A DNA stretch of 64,000 bases from Phoronis australis (taxonomy: Eukaryota; Animalia; Phoronida): positions 207,250-271,249 of the forward strand of contig NMRA01000206.1 of assembly GCA_002633005.1 (NCBI GenBank), read 5' to 3'. Under the pieces are notes generated by a model. It ran no database searches. It was not told the origin of the DNA and saw nothing but the letters and a program-made list of their open reading frames with translations. The translations under genes and the position numbers were made by a program. Of this stretch, positions 26,601-38,800 are shown in pieces. Every line of letters starts with the position of its first letter. Position 1 is the first letter of the stretch.

Positions 26601-29600
26601 TTGTGTTGTGTTGTGGACTGTCTCGGTCCGTCAGTGAGATGGTTGTATTCGGTAACTAAGTGTGGAACACTCAATTACTCTAGTAAAGCAACTGGCAGTA
26701 GCAAGATGAGGACTGTCTTTATTAGACAAGTGAACGGATTTATATACAAGTCACTAGTATGTGGGTTGCATGCACCAAATTTTATGATTCAATATCCTAC
26801 AGGAAAAAACAGGAAGCAACTATAAGAGCTTTCACAACGATCATTCTGAACTATTCTGTTGTGTTTGCCATACATGTATATGGTAATGGTCAGCTGTCTT
26901 TAGGCTATGTTTATGTGAATGACCATTACGCAATCTTGTTTACTACAGAGATCATCAAAACATGTGTGGATGCACCGGATGGGTTTGTCGGTGACTCAGC
27001 TGACAGCCAAAACAAGTTTCTATAAACACAAACAATTGGCTAGCAAAGAAATAATATCAATAAGTAATAACACTATCAAACTAACGTGCGAAGAATTTTA
27101 TATGTATTATGAATGTCAAGGATTTCATGACACAAACATACCACTGGCGGATCTAGAATGACGCGAGGAGGTGGGGAGTAAACCAGTTTTCAAAGGAACT
27201 ATGTTCGGCTAACCCCTGATAACAGAATGTCAACAGCGTTTTTCTTGGCTAGCTCGAAGGGCTGATGCCCGTAACCACTAAATACGTGTATGAATTTCTC
27301 CCGATTTTGCACATAATAGAAGGTGCGGTTCTCTTTCTAGCTATTCCGTGTGGTGTCTTTGAGCTAATGGTGCTTCCTGTGTTACGCGCAAGAATGTCAA
27401 AGACCGTTTCCCAAGCCCAGCAAGGTACACGAGTATCAGACCACGAACTCTTACCACGGCCGCAGGAATCTCTCAAAGCATTAAACATGATCCGCCTCGA
27501 GGTTATGTAGGACCATACAAAAATATCTAAATTTGTTGAAGTTCAGAATACCATGTCCCAGAAATGACTGATTAGATTCGTATGAAACTCCCAGATACTA
27601 TACTTTTTGCATAGTTCTCCAAACTACCATTAGGAATTGTTTTGATGGTCAACTTTAAAGTGAGGGTCTACTTCATGGCTGTTACAATTTTCATGAAAAA
27701 AAATGTTAATTTGCGTAAAACGAAAACGAAGTGACAGAACTCTAACACCGTTTTTGATATTTCATCTTGAGTATTCATATCAAATAAAATTTGGTCATGT
27801 GTTATTGATACCACTGTTTTCCTTTCAGTTACATGTACATTTCTTTTTGCTAACTTATACGCGATCCAATTAACGACAGATTTGTAAAATGTCAAACAAG
27901 GGAAGTCTTCATGCTTTCAACTTTCAGGGAATATTACTGACTTAAAATCTAGAAGTTTATAGATATTTGGATAAATGTGCACACCTGTTAATAGCACCCT
28001 ACTTAACCATAAGTATTCTCTGTGCGGCGGGGTAAGGATTTCTCGTATTACGCATTACGTTCCGTGATTCGCGACCACTGGTAATGTTTGGTTATCAAGG
28101 TAGTGAAATTTAAACATGTTTTCATATAATTCACCTGCTTACTTGGTTTAATCCATCAGACAATGTGCATTCAATTATTTGTTTTCTTTCGCTCACAGGC
28201 AGCCTGTTTTCCGTGATAGCTTGTATCGACACCATTGTCCAATTTCTGGGTAACCTTATTTGGAACCTCATCTTCTCACATACGTTGCTGATTTATGAAG
28301 GAATCGTCTTCTTCATTATGGCCGCTATGATTTTATGTGGGGCCACAATTGTCTGGTACGTGAACAAAAACAATTTTTCTTATTAATTCATTGTCACGGT
28401 GACAATTCGTTAGTTGGTAAGTATAGCAAAGTTACACCGCAGTTGTTGTGGCTGCCAATGATGATCACGTGATTTTTACGATGCTGCCGCGTATTCGAAA
28501 GCCAGGAGTCCCGGCTCAGTATTTCCGAACCGGTCCGTCAATCAAATACGTTCTGGAATAGTGTTGCATCAAATCCATTAACCAAAATATTTCCATTGGT
28601 TTTCCGGATGATATTATAGTCATTTAAATTGAGACAGATGACACTTTTGATCACTTAACAGCTAGCCTGCAGAAGAATCGCTATTTTCCGAAAAACCAAC
28701 ATAATAAAGTGGGCTTTACCGCAAGGAGGCACTAGAGTACACGTGCATGTATCTATCAGCCCACGAGCGACTAGTGGCGTCACCTGCAGTGGAACCTGTC
28801 TACATGTTCCACCTTTTATAGCGATTCAATATTAGAAATTATTACACCAGTGTAAGTGTCAACATACTCTATTCACTCAGTTTGAATCAGAGAATAGCAG
28901 AATACCAGTGGCTATACTCTCAAAAATTTATAAATCCCAAGATTAGGCTGCAGTGTAACATCTGAGTGTAACAGTCAGCTCCATGTATTCTCAATGCACG
29001 GGGTCTGAAATCTTGCGCACAAGCCTCGACGTCCCTTATTCACTAACGACGCCTGCCGAGTGAGCTTGTTTTACTGGCGTCTTCTCATTATCGTTGTTTT
29101 GTCCTTGGAGCTAGCACTCTCTGAACTACACCCAAAAATAGGCCTACTCATCGCACCAAGAAGTACTGGACGAATATATTGAATCACTGGTGGGTAGTAC
29201 GAAAATACAAGAATGTCCATTCCAAATAAGTATACGAGACGCTGACTTGTCGATCGCATCCAAAAATATTCAAGGCCCTTAGTAAAGGTTTTGATATTAT
29301 TTTGCATTGCTATTCCACATCCACCCGTCTGCGTCTATAAAATTGTCGGCAAATTCAAATGCAACATGTGACTTGACCTTTGCCCTCCGCGCCCATAAAA
29401 CGATACCTACGCTGACAAAGAACTGATGCAATGTTGAGGAACACTGAGTATGATCAGACCTTCGTTTAAAACAATTGAGAATTCCAGTTTGATATTGCGA
29501 ATTGACGACTTCTTAACTTCGGACGAGTTTGAGTAGCCCGCGCTCTGAATGCAGTCAATTTATTGTTTCTGCGACCATCGCTGCTCCAAAATTAACTTAT

Positions 29601-30333
29601 CACAGCTTGATGCTTCCTGACGTTGAAATTATCTTTAATCGCTGTCTCATTATCATCAACAAACAATTAAAGCATGAACAGAAATGTTGCGGTGCATAAA
29701 GAGCTTAATGACGCGGTCTTCTTGTCTGAAAATGTTTGTAAAGTAAACGTCTTTAATTAGCTTGAGTGAACGGTGGTTTATTTTTCTAAGCTAATAACTG
29801 TACGGCTGACTTGACTGCTGGATCTGTTGAGTCCTTCCACAACCGAACAGCCAGCGTGCTGTTAGTCAAGAAGTGGCAAGGGTATACCGTGGTACAAACA
29901 TGGCTACTACTTCACAACCTACAGGTGTCATGTCGGCGGAAGGGACAACGAAAAAAACAACCAAATGAAAGCTGCATTTTCTTCACATAAATGACATGCA
30001 TGTGTGTTCAGTAAATGCACAGAATAGTAGTTTTTGTTAATATCCTGAATCAGTTCAAATGATTATATATTGTTATTAACAAACTGAATGTCAATTTTAT
30101 TGTTGGTGTGCACGGTCGCTGACGCCGCTTTGGATGCTTTTGAGAACGAACTGCAACGCCATCTTAAAGTGTGCTGACTCAGCGTCATTTTTGCTTCTAG
30201 TGTCTACAACCAATTGTTTCCAAGTGTGAAAGAGACTCTTCGCGGATACGAGACTTTACCTGACGGGTCCTTCGACACACTGGCGTCATCGGCAAGCGCG
30301 AGTCCACATGAATCCCGGCCACTTGTACAATAG
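22578..30333 (+). CDS. SLC46A1-like: SLC46-family MFS transporter (proton-coupled folate transporter / SLC46A3-like), 4 coding exons 22578-23697, 27341-27424, 28199-28355, 30201-30333; 497 aa
   Basis: About 12 hydrophobic segments; glycosylated loop 1 (NNS, NFS, Cys); GGFTDKRGRR motif matching PCFT DxxGRR; AYLADST; VLPVLRARMSK..QQG|SLFSVIAC. All introns GT-AG with consistent phases (1,1,2); total 1494 nt ending in TAG. Paralogue (A1 vs A3) not resolvable by eye. Confidence 0.92.
25385..26410. mobile_element. Composite palindrome-rich non-autonomous element(s) in SLC46 intron 1
   Basis: 3x31-bp self-complementary tandem (25390-25478); 130-bp hairpin (25546-25677); TATACCACA / TGTGGTATA inverted pair (about 25675 and 26360); related sequence at 17460-17540. 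Confidence 0.55.
26221..26290 (+). pseudogene. tRNA-derived sequence (tRNA pseudogene or SINE head, CTTGAAA loop)
   Basis: A box TGGTGAAGTGG (26228), B box GTTCGAATCC (26270); acceptor and anticodon stems do not pair. Confidence 0.55.
27341..27424 (+). CDS. SLC46-like transporter coding exon 2 (84 nt, AIPCGVFELMVLPVLRARMSKTVSQAQQG)
   Basis: ctctttctAG acceptor, CAAG|GTACAC donor; homologous to the 28-aa PCFT exon (PVIRAKLSKLV..EQG). Confidence 0.9.
28199..28355 (+). CDS. SLC46-like transporter coding exon 3 (GSLFSVIACIDT...GATIV)
   Basis: ctcacAG acceptor, TG|GTACGT donor; last two TM helices, resembling PCFT GALFSAVAC. Confidence 0.9.
30201..30333 (+). CDS. SLC46-like transporter terminal exon (CVYNQLFPSVKETLRGYETLPDGSFDTLASSASASPHESRPLVQ*)
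   Basis: tttttgcttctAG acceptor in the required phase 2, open to TAG 30331-30333; carries YxxL and ExxxLV sorting-type motifs; AATAAA at 30876-30881. Confidence 0.78.
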
Positions 30334-31046
30334 AGGGCTTTAGATTCTATACAAAACTAGCACGTCTACCTTTCGTTTTAATTAAAACACCACGTGATCG
30401 GTTTTTGACATTGCCGTAAGATGGTAAACGTAAAATCAAAAGTTTTCTATGAGTAAGATGGTCGACAAACATAACTTAAAAACTTATACTTTCTTTTGTT
30501 AATCAAGTGACAATTTGTCATTTAAGAACCTTGACAAACGACTTTTGATTCGGCTTTTGACAATCATTGCGAAATTATTCAACCCCCTGGTCTGTTGCTG
30601 ACTCGGTCAAAATTGATCTCCAATCCAGTTGCCGAGGTGCACTCCCCATGGTTCTTACTCAAACATATGCCCTGTACTTACGTGTGGTACGGCAGCCAGC
30701 TCTGACCCAGCAATGCGGACCATCAATATTACTATCACCATTGCTGTGGAGTGAAAACTACGCGCTATACAGTACTACTATAACCGTACATGTACTCACC
30801 TGCCGTACAATTAGCACTCACTTTGCTCGACTGCTTTTAAAGTATATCAAATATCAATTACGCTTTCGAGGTACAAATAAAACTATTGGTAGCGTATAAA
30901 TATAATACACTTTTAATCGAGCACTGTTGTTTTTACTTTTAGTTTTGAACAACAAATAAAAGCAAAGGCAAAAGTAAACAAAAACAATTATAAAGTTCTC
31001 TAATGACGCCACTCGTGCTTCAGAAGCAATAATACCATGATTCCGG

Positions 31047-31190
31047 CATGGGCGGCGCAGCCATGAAATTAATAAGAGGAGGCTTTAGCCCCCCGCCCCA
31101 GCCCCTATGGTGCACCCGCCATGTGACATTTCGGACCCAGAATTGAACTAAGTGGGGCTACAGCCTCCAGCTGCCCATGTCCGACGCCAG
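31047..31190. mobile_element. MITE family C (CATGGGCGGCGCAGC end)
   Basis: CATGG...CCATG ends; similar in reverse to 39388-39535. Confidence 0.55.
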
Positions 31191-31350
31191 GAAGTCGTAC
31201 TGTGTAGGACACCGACTACAGTGTATGCAACGCTAGTTTTTTTGTGATTTTTACAAATCACCAATTCTTACCGTTGTTTGCCAGCTATTCGATGAAATTA
31301 TGGTCGGTATCTTTAACATTTAAATGCCCTTAAAATACCGTGTAAGCTAT

Positions 31351-32340
31351 CTATTGCCGGGGTGAACAACACCAACAGAACGTTGGTCTGCGACCGTCGG
31401 GGTTGCGGATACGATTCCGCCTTGGAGTTGAGCTCAAAAAGCGCTTTAGTCGCCGATAAGGGTACTTCGAAATAAGTTTTTTCCCTCTCGCGCAACCGAG
31501 AGTAAAATAAGTGCGCGACTCAAAACATGTATTTTAAATCTGACATATGTTCCATAATGAAAACGAAAATGAACTCGGGTTAATAGTGAAAAAAGATATT
31601 TTACCGACCTACCCACCCATCACAGAGCAGTGAGGAGGCGGAGGTGGGAAACGAAAAATAGCGAGGGCACGTCTAGACCATTTGGTGTAAATATTAAAAA
31701 CAACATGAGGCTTAACGGAACGAATGAAACCGCTTATACTTTACTTGGATCTATAGCAATGAACCGGTGGAATCAGAGACATTAAGTGCAAGAAATTCAA
31801 GCGACTTGCAACGGCATGACTGTTCGCTTCAATGTCACGCTGTGCCGGGATAAAATGGTCGAACTTATAATCTGGGCAGCAATTCGTATTAACAGTGGTC
31901 TGTTACCAAATCCAGGACAAAGAAGGGGCAGCAAATTTATGAGCCACACGCTCCGTCCTGACCCTGTAACTGTTGCATACATGTACAAACTGACCGTCCA
32001 GCACAGCTCAAACCAAACCTAGCGGTGCCATTAACTGTACACTTATTGAAACCGAAAACCCCTAACTGAAAATTCTCTACGATCATTAACATGTCGTAAT
32101 TAACTCCATCACGTGTGGACGTGTAAGTTTTAGAGTGCAACCATGAGACTTAGAACGGGCACGAACATTTTAATAATGACTTACCGTTAGTTCCTGCAAG
32201 AAGTTGAGTCCCGTTGATTGCATTCCGCAATTGTCCTCGTCATTATGAAGATTAAGCAGTATGGCTTTTTCCGCTGCGTCACGAGGGCCTCGTGTTTCTC
32301 TTACAACTGGTGGACGAAACACTGACAGTCTGGAGTGCAT
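31351..32340 (-). CDS. Possible 2-exon micro-gene (32340-32185, 31464-31351; 89 aa)
   Basis: 52 open codons ending exactly at ACG|GTAAGT; candidate second exon has a weak acceptor; no homology recognised. Confidence 0.22.
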
Positions 32341-33800
32341 CGTGCTTCGCGCACATCAAAATATTTACGCAGGAGTGCACCGCATCGGGTGACCAACAGA
32401 CAACGAGTCTAGCGAAAGATAGTTGAAATCACACAGTGCTGTTCCATCCACTCGCCTACAAGCCACAGGTCTTGTTATTTGCATATTCCACTATTAAAAA
32501 ACGATTGCGTACTATTTGGAATTGCTACAATTCTTGATTTGTTTACACTTTTTAATTGTATCAGATGTGGTGCTTTCTATAAAACCGCAATTTATATGCA
32601 AATTGTCGCTTTTCTGGTTATACTTGTACACACAGTCTCCGGAAGCCACTACGTGGCGCTTGCTGCAAATTTAAGTATTCACGGTTTTAATCAGACATTG
32701 CATCTTTGATGTCTCATATTCCTCATGTGTCAAGTCGAACAAGGAAATAATAACACAGGGTACGTCGACAAAAGCTGTACAATATTAAACATGTGAAAAA
32801 TATTTCCAGGTGATCAGTGCAATGGGCCCGCCACATGCGAGGCCTGCGCACGTCTGATACAACGTGTATCAGACCGCCTGCAATTATTTTTTTAAACATG
32901 TGAACAAGATTCAAGTGACTAGACAAACTTTTCAATCACATTGATGTCGACAAACTGTACTTAGTTGGGAGATAAAGACAAAAAAACAGTTTTGTGTCTC
33001 ATTTACCATTCAGAGCCAGCTGTCAATGTGCACCCAGTAGTGTGAAATATTCCTCATATAAATGCGTTATCACTTTTTCGTTTTACCATTGACCTTTCTC
33101 AAACATCTTCCTTGTTGCAATCTGTTGGCATCATGTGTAGACTCGGGCAAATTTAGTACGTTAGCCGCACTAAAGATACGATCATGCTTTGCTTTAGGTT
33201 TCCATTTTGTTAGGAGCTGTATAATGGTGTAACAATAACAGCAGGGACCCTGTCAGAGCAGTTGGGTTCCTCCTACATTCTCAAAACGGGCAAACCTGAA
33301 CGGGAACCAGTTAAACGTTGCGGACACCAGTTAGAATCTGAGCAACAGTCCAATTGGTCGACAATGCTCGTTTCATTTAGAGGCAAAAACAACTTCCGAC
33401 GAATCAGAACTACCTAAGTTAGCGTTGTAGGGCCTATACATGTATATCAAAATTATCGTGATTAAATCATTAAATTTTAATGGCGATACAAGCCCACTAC
33501 GCGTGCACATGAGCTTTGATATTACGACGTGCTTTTTATGATTTAACTTTAACCCTAGGCTCATGAGGAACACATATAGCTGCCATGCTTGTACGAGATG
33601 CGTCAGTGAAACCACTCGCAATAACAGAATAACAGGATCTCATCAACATCTGAGTACAGTAGGATAAAATCAGATTGGTTAATTCAGGGGCGTGAACATT
33701 GGTCCCCTCGAATGTTATGGCGTTCAGGGGCAGTTCGAAATTTTGAAAAAGAGTTGGAACTGTAATGACTAGAGCTTAGAAACTTCTATAGCTTGGGGAC

Positions 33801-34410
33801 TCCAACAATTTTATCATTTACCTTTTAACATGTAGAAAATGTTCCATTCAATATGTAGGACAAACTCAACATAATGTACAAACTCGGTTTCATAATCTTA
33901 GATTGAACATAAACATAATACATAAAAACATTTCTGACAATATAGGTAATCATTTCAATTCCAAAAATAACATAATCTACAAGATCTTTCTGTACAAATA
34001 ATAGAGAAACTCCAATGTCCCAGTACACATCACATACTCAAAAGAAAACAATTTTGGATAGATAAGCTTAACACACTTGCACCCAATGGATTAAACATAA
34101 GGACTTCTTAAATCATATCCTTAAATTACATTTTCCGCAACAATTTATCATGTTCATTACGCCAAATATCAGATGTCATATGGTGTTTGATTTTACTTTA
34201 TTTCTATTTCTGTTGACAAAGGATGTTATGATATCCGAAAATTTCAGTGATCCGTTATTTGTTGTTTTATTTACGAGTATTTATACTACTCAGTTTCGAC
34301 ACACAAGTGAATCCTTTAGAGGATCTGGATCGCCTCTTTTAGTTTCATATTTATTTTCTACGTAAGAAAATGCTAAGGATGACTCTGATTAAAAATAGGT
34401 CGAGTTTTGG
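33801..34410 (+). mobile_element. Penelope-like retroelement 3' relic: GIY-YIG endonuclease (33801-34111, one frameshift near 33969) plus downstream pLTR-like sequence
   Basis: IIYLLTCRKCSIQYVGQT...RF...HFN / HNLQDLSVQIIE...KRKQFWIDKLNTLAPNGLN, the hallmark GIY-YIG motifs and C-terminus of Penelope-like elements. Confidence 0.85.
34210..34247 (+). ncRNA. Minimal variant type-I hammerhead ribozyme-like motif in the Penelope pLTR
   Basis: ctg / TTGACAA-a / GGATGT-tatg-ATATCC (stem II) / GAAA / attt / cag, 100 nt after the GIY-YIG stop. Confidence 0.45.
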
Positions 34411-35691
34411 TGCCAAATACAAGCAACATTATTGTAAAGGTTTAGTGCATTAACAACCACTATCCAACAAACCTGGCATAGGGTCTAATCTTTTTACTTG
34501 GAATCGATGTTTATTTCTAGGCATTTGCTATTCTACCTTTGTGCGATATTAAGACACGTGACTATTACTTAACGCCCGATTACATAATCGCTTACGTGGA
34601 TTATTTTCTAGTCGTGATTTGCACTTGATGGTTCCAGCATTAACGTTAAACGTTCGAGTCTGATCTCGAGTTTTTGCTCGAGTTTGTTAGCTCATCAAAT
34701 GCAAGTTTGGATTAGAAACTCACATTCAAAAACCATTAATGCACGCTAGCACAGACTGGCTAGTGGTCACGTATCTTTGCACAATACAGCAAAAAATGCC
34801 AAAACTTAATTGCGCATTCTATTTCCAGTACAAATATTACAGCCCAGCCCCGGGGCCTGGCTGCATAAAAGTTATAGGACAGATAGCTGCAACGATGTCG
34901 TCACCACGCGTCAGGTTGCCATTGCTTATGAATGCAATAATCAAGCGAGTCCATTTTTTATTTTTTGCCACCCAGTCCTGATGTGCGGAGACGGACCTTT
35001 GTGCTACATTTTCTACAGTCAGAGAACTGTGCAAAATTTGAGCTTAGGATAGACTAGATGATGAGAAAATCTCGTTCTGGCGAGCTTTGAATGCTTTGAG
35101 TAACTCAGTTGTGTACATTTAACTCTTATTAAGTGCATTTGTCATTCTTCTGCACTTAAATTCAAACCTTGAGTTATTCTCTAACTTTTGTGCCATCCAG
35201 CATTTTGGGTCACCGGGAATGAGAAAAACACAATTTCTTCCTTGCAAAACTATTACTTGGCACTCAAATTCCACACAGAGTACATGTGTTTTTGAACAGT
35301 GCTACTATATTTCCCACTACAACGCGGATGCTGGACGACAGCAATAGAATTTGGACAGTGTCGCCATCTCTTGGAACGTTAACAGATAACCTTGTCCCAT
35401 AATTCAACATTTTATTCTCACCAATCGATCATTTCAGTAAAGGTCCAAACACACTCGCGTGACAGATTGGTCAGGCAGACAGAGTGGTCGCGAGCTTCTT
35501 GCAGCTAAGGAACTCACTTCGGTCCTAGTCTAAAATCGTTGCCTCGTCTCCGATAGGCCTACCTTGTTGATACAGCCGTGTTTTATGTTTATTGGGTGTG
35601 GGGTAGTGACATTTTAAAACCTGAATATCGATAATGGCGCAAATTGTTAAGTAAGGAAATACAATAGACTATTGCCGTTTCATCCAAAATT

Positions 35692-35849
35692 TCATCTTCT
35701 GGAAAGTTTCACTAGAAGACCTCGTTTTGGTTTGATGATCAAATCTGGTGTGATAGCCATTTCCTTTTCCGTTTGCGCAGATTCAATACTGAACTTCCGC
35801 AAGATGTGGCTCAGCATAATCTTTTCCTCCCGCATGGCGAAATTTTGAC
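35692..35849 (-). CDS. CYP4V-like terminal exon 12 (GQNFAMREEKIMLSHILRKFSIES...GLLVKLSRR*)
   Basis: cattctAG acceptor, L-helix GQxFAxxEEK, TGA at 35694-35692; minus-strand AATAAA at 35593-35588. Confidence 0.93.
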
Positions 35850-38800
35850 CTAGAATGAACATTCAAATTGTTAACGAACAATATTAGCACGTAATCATCA
35901 AGGACCGACTTTGGATTTCTTATTCTTTGTCTTCATGTATTTGGAGAAAACAACAGAATACTACATTTTTCATACGAATTGGGTCACTACGTGCATTATA
36001 AATTATGACAGGCAGTGCAAAAGTTGTCAGTTAATCATGTTAGCGGGTGCCAGTGCCCGGTTACGTGAAACGGTCACAAACAGGGACTCAACTATGTACC
36101 CAAAATCTACTGGGTATTTGTGGACTTGTGAGTCTCATTACTATGTCGATTTCTGGCTTTGACACAAATCGAGAGTGAACCCCGCGTTGAATTCTTAGTA
36201 TAAAGGAAAATAAGTAGGGTTCTTTTCATGCAACGCCCCAAATTCAAGGACTAAGTCCGTAATTATTATGACTCAACTAAGGGCTCAGTTTTTAGATATG
36301 TTAGAAAAATGCCATTAGTCGAAGAAAATCTCATAATAAACATAACATTATAGAAAAGTATAACATTTGTCAGTAACGAACGAAAGGAATACGCAAAAGA
36401 TTTGGGGAACTTTGTTGAGTCCCTCTTTGGGACTGTTCCATGCAACCGGGCACTGAACTGCGTTTTGCTGTTCATCGTTTGTTCATGGCTATGAATCTGT
36501 GGGGCGGGTATGTACATGTATGTTCATAAGAGCGCCAGCCGTTTTGCTCAGACAGCCTGGACTAGCTCCGAAAAGTATTTTAATGCAAGTTGGTATTTGT
36601 CAAACGCAGTTAGGCTCGTCGATTTGCCCAGCAACATGACCAACTCGATGTACCTGTCTGGGTCGAAGGAGGGTACATTTAGCCTTCAGGGTACATGTTG
36701 CATGACGGGTCCTCTCAGGTCAGTTTTTGCTTAGGGCCTCCAAAGGAAGAGCATGATGGGCTCTTTAATGAGACGACAACTCACACAGACTTGTGTAGGT
36801 AACCTCTCCAGTTTTGCACGAAACTAGCACAATAGATTTCGCGCAAATCAGTACCCGCATATGGTGCCCACAACCTCTATCCAAAAAGAACAATGGAGTC
36901 CAAAATTCAAACTTCTAACAGATCAACGACTACACTTTGCTAAAGTCAACAGTGCTTGCCGCACTTACCAATACAATTCCTGGGCCCGGCTGCGAAAGGA
37001 ACGAAGGCATACGGACTTCGGTTAGTAACATTCTCTAGCCGGAAGCGATCGGGGTCAAAGTTCAGCGGGTCGGGATAGTAGTCCGGATTCCTATGGAGAG
37101 CGCTGATAAACATCGTTACCGTTGTGCCGCAGGGTACAAATATATTACCTGAAAAAGGTAAGCGAACCATTATTGATAAACAAACGCGACATGAGAGGAA
37201 TTAAAAGGCGCTCCCCCAAAAACCTCACATTGTGTTGACGGAAAACGTACGAGTACATCGAATTTAAAAAAACAGACATACAGTCGGTAGGCCTACATAT
37301 AGCATTGGATAAGTCGCTTCCTGTCACGTGCCATTGTATTTTATCAGAAAGATACATGTATGAAGGTGAGGCCAACTGGTCGCGTGTACAAATAGGACCA
37401 GTACCATTTTAATGGGGTGGCCACTGTGAAGGTACATGTTCATGTAAGTCCTCGCAGGACCCAGATTGTTGAGATACAAGAACGAGAGTTATAGTCTGAG
37501 TAGGCCTAATATACTTGCCCAGCTGAGCATCTTCAGTCATCGTACGGCCAATCATAGCAACGGATGGAAACAGGCGGAGGGATTCCTGTGTCACAAATGA
37601 TAACAATGATGTCGTGCACGGGGTGAACAAAACTATCGTGTCACAATCTACATATGATGAAAGAGGGACTGGTTGAATGGCTGTAGTGAACTATGGCTTT
37701 CAATACGAATCAGCTTAAAAATGCAAAAGATGAGAATTGATTCATACCAAGGTCTAGATACCGAAACTAAGAGGAACACGGGGATAACAATATTCGCTCA
37801 CGCGATTCATTTATATACTGTAAGTAACCGTGCGAAAGCAAAACCGCATAGAAGTTGACTGGGACTATTTGTTACCACCACACAACTTTCGCAATGAGAG
37901 TCTTGGACTGTGCGGGTGCTTTGGCAACGCATTGGTGTTACTGTGTATCTGACAAACGTTTGTGCCACATTTTGACAGGCAATGTCTTCGATAGGGCTGT
38001 TTTGTCCACGATAGAATACAAAATACCTGAGGTTCATAAAGTTAGCAGAGAAAGAGGACATATAAAATGCCAATAGATGGCGCAGCACAGACTAAGTTAG
38101 GCATCCGCAATGAGTGGCGGACTTAGAGGGGGGGGGGCCATGGCCCTCCTAAAATTCTCCCAGATTACATTTGGCAATACGGGGGTGCGAATGTCTGTCG
38201 GGCAAAATCCTGGCTAATTCTCTGCCATGGCCCCCCTTTAACTCAAAATTCTGGATCCGCCCCTGACAATAGTGGTCGAATTTAATGTTTGGGTTGTACA
38301 AAGCTTCCGAAGCCGACCAGGTGATTTACTTCGGAAAATAAAAACGACTTATCGACTGACGATTTTAGAGAGCGCAGCCTGGGCGCTGGCGTCAAAGACA
38401 GCACGGGTGTCGGCGTCATAAGTTCTAGTTATGTTTCATCCAATCCGATAGCAATCGGCCGATCATGCTAGGCTTCATCGAATAATAGGCCTTCTAGATC
38501 ACACTAAGAACTTACCTTTATGGTGCATTCGAGGTATTTCATTTTACTCAAATCAGGTGTTGTCACCGACCGTTCACTAGACCCTAAATCAAATAAAACA
38601 AAGTATGACCAAAACAATCATCTACTGTAAACCCGGCAACCTTCTGCAAAAATAGCTTTTGAACAACTCGTTGTAATAAAACTGACCTCAACTTGTTCCT
38701 AACATTAAGAAGAGAAGTGATGTCTGTCATTAGGAAGAACTTACATTTCGTTGTTGCTATAGCAACAACGACATGTAAGCCGATTTTAAAACGTTGCCTT

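Noticed and set aside
29111-29125. Alternative last exon of SLC46
   Set aside because: Acceptors here give an immediate stop; the 30201 exon has a better acceptor and a plausible cytosolic tail
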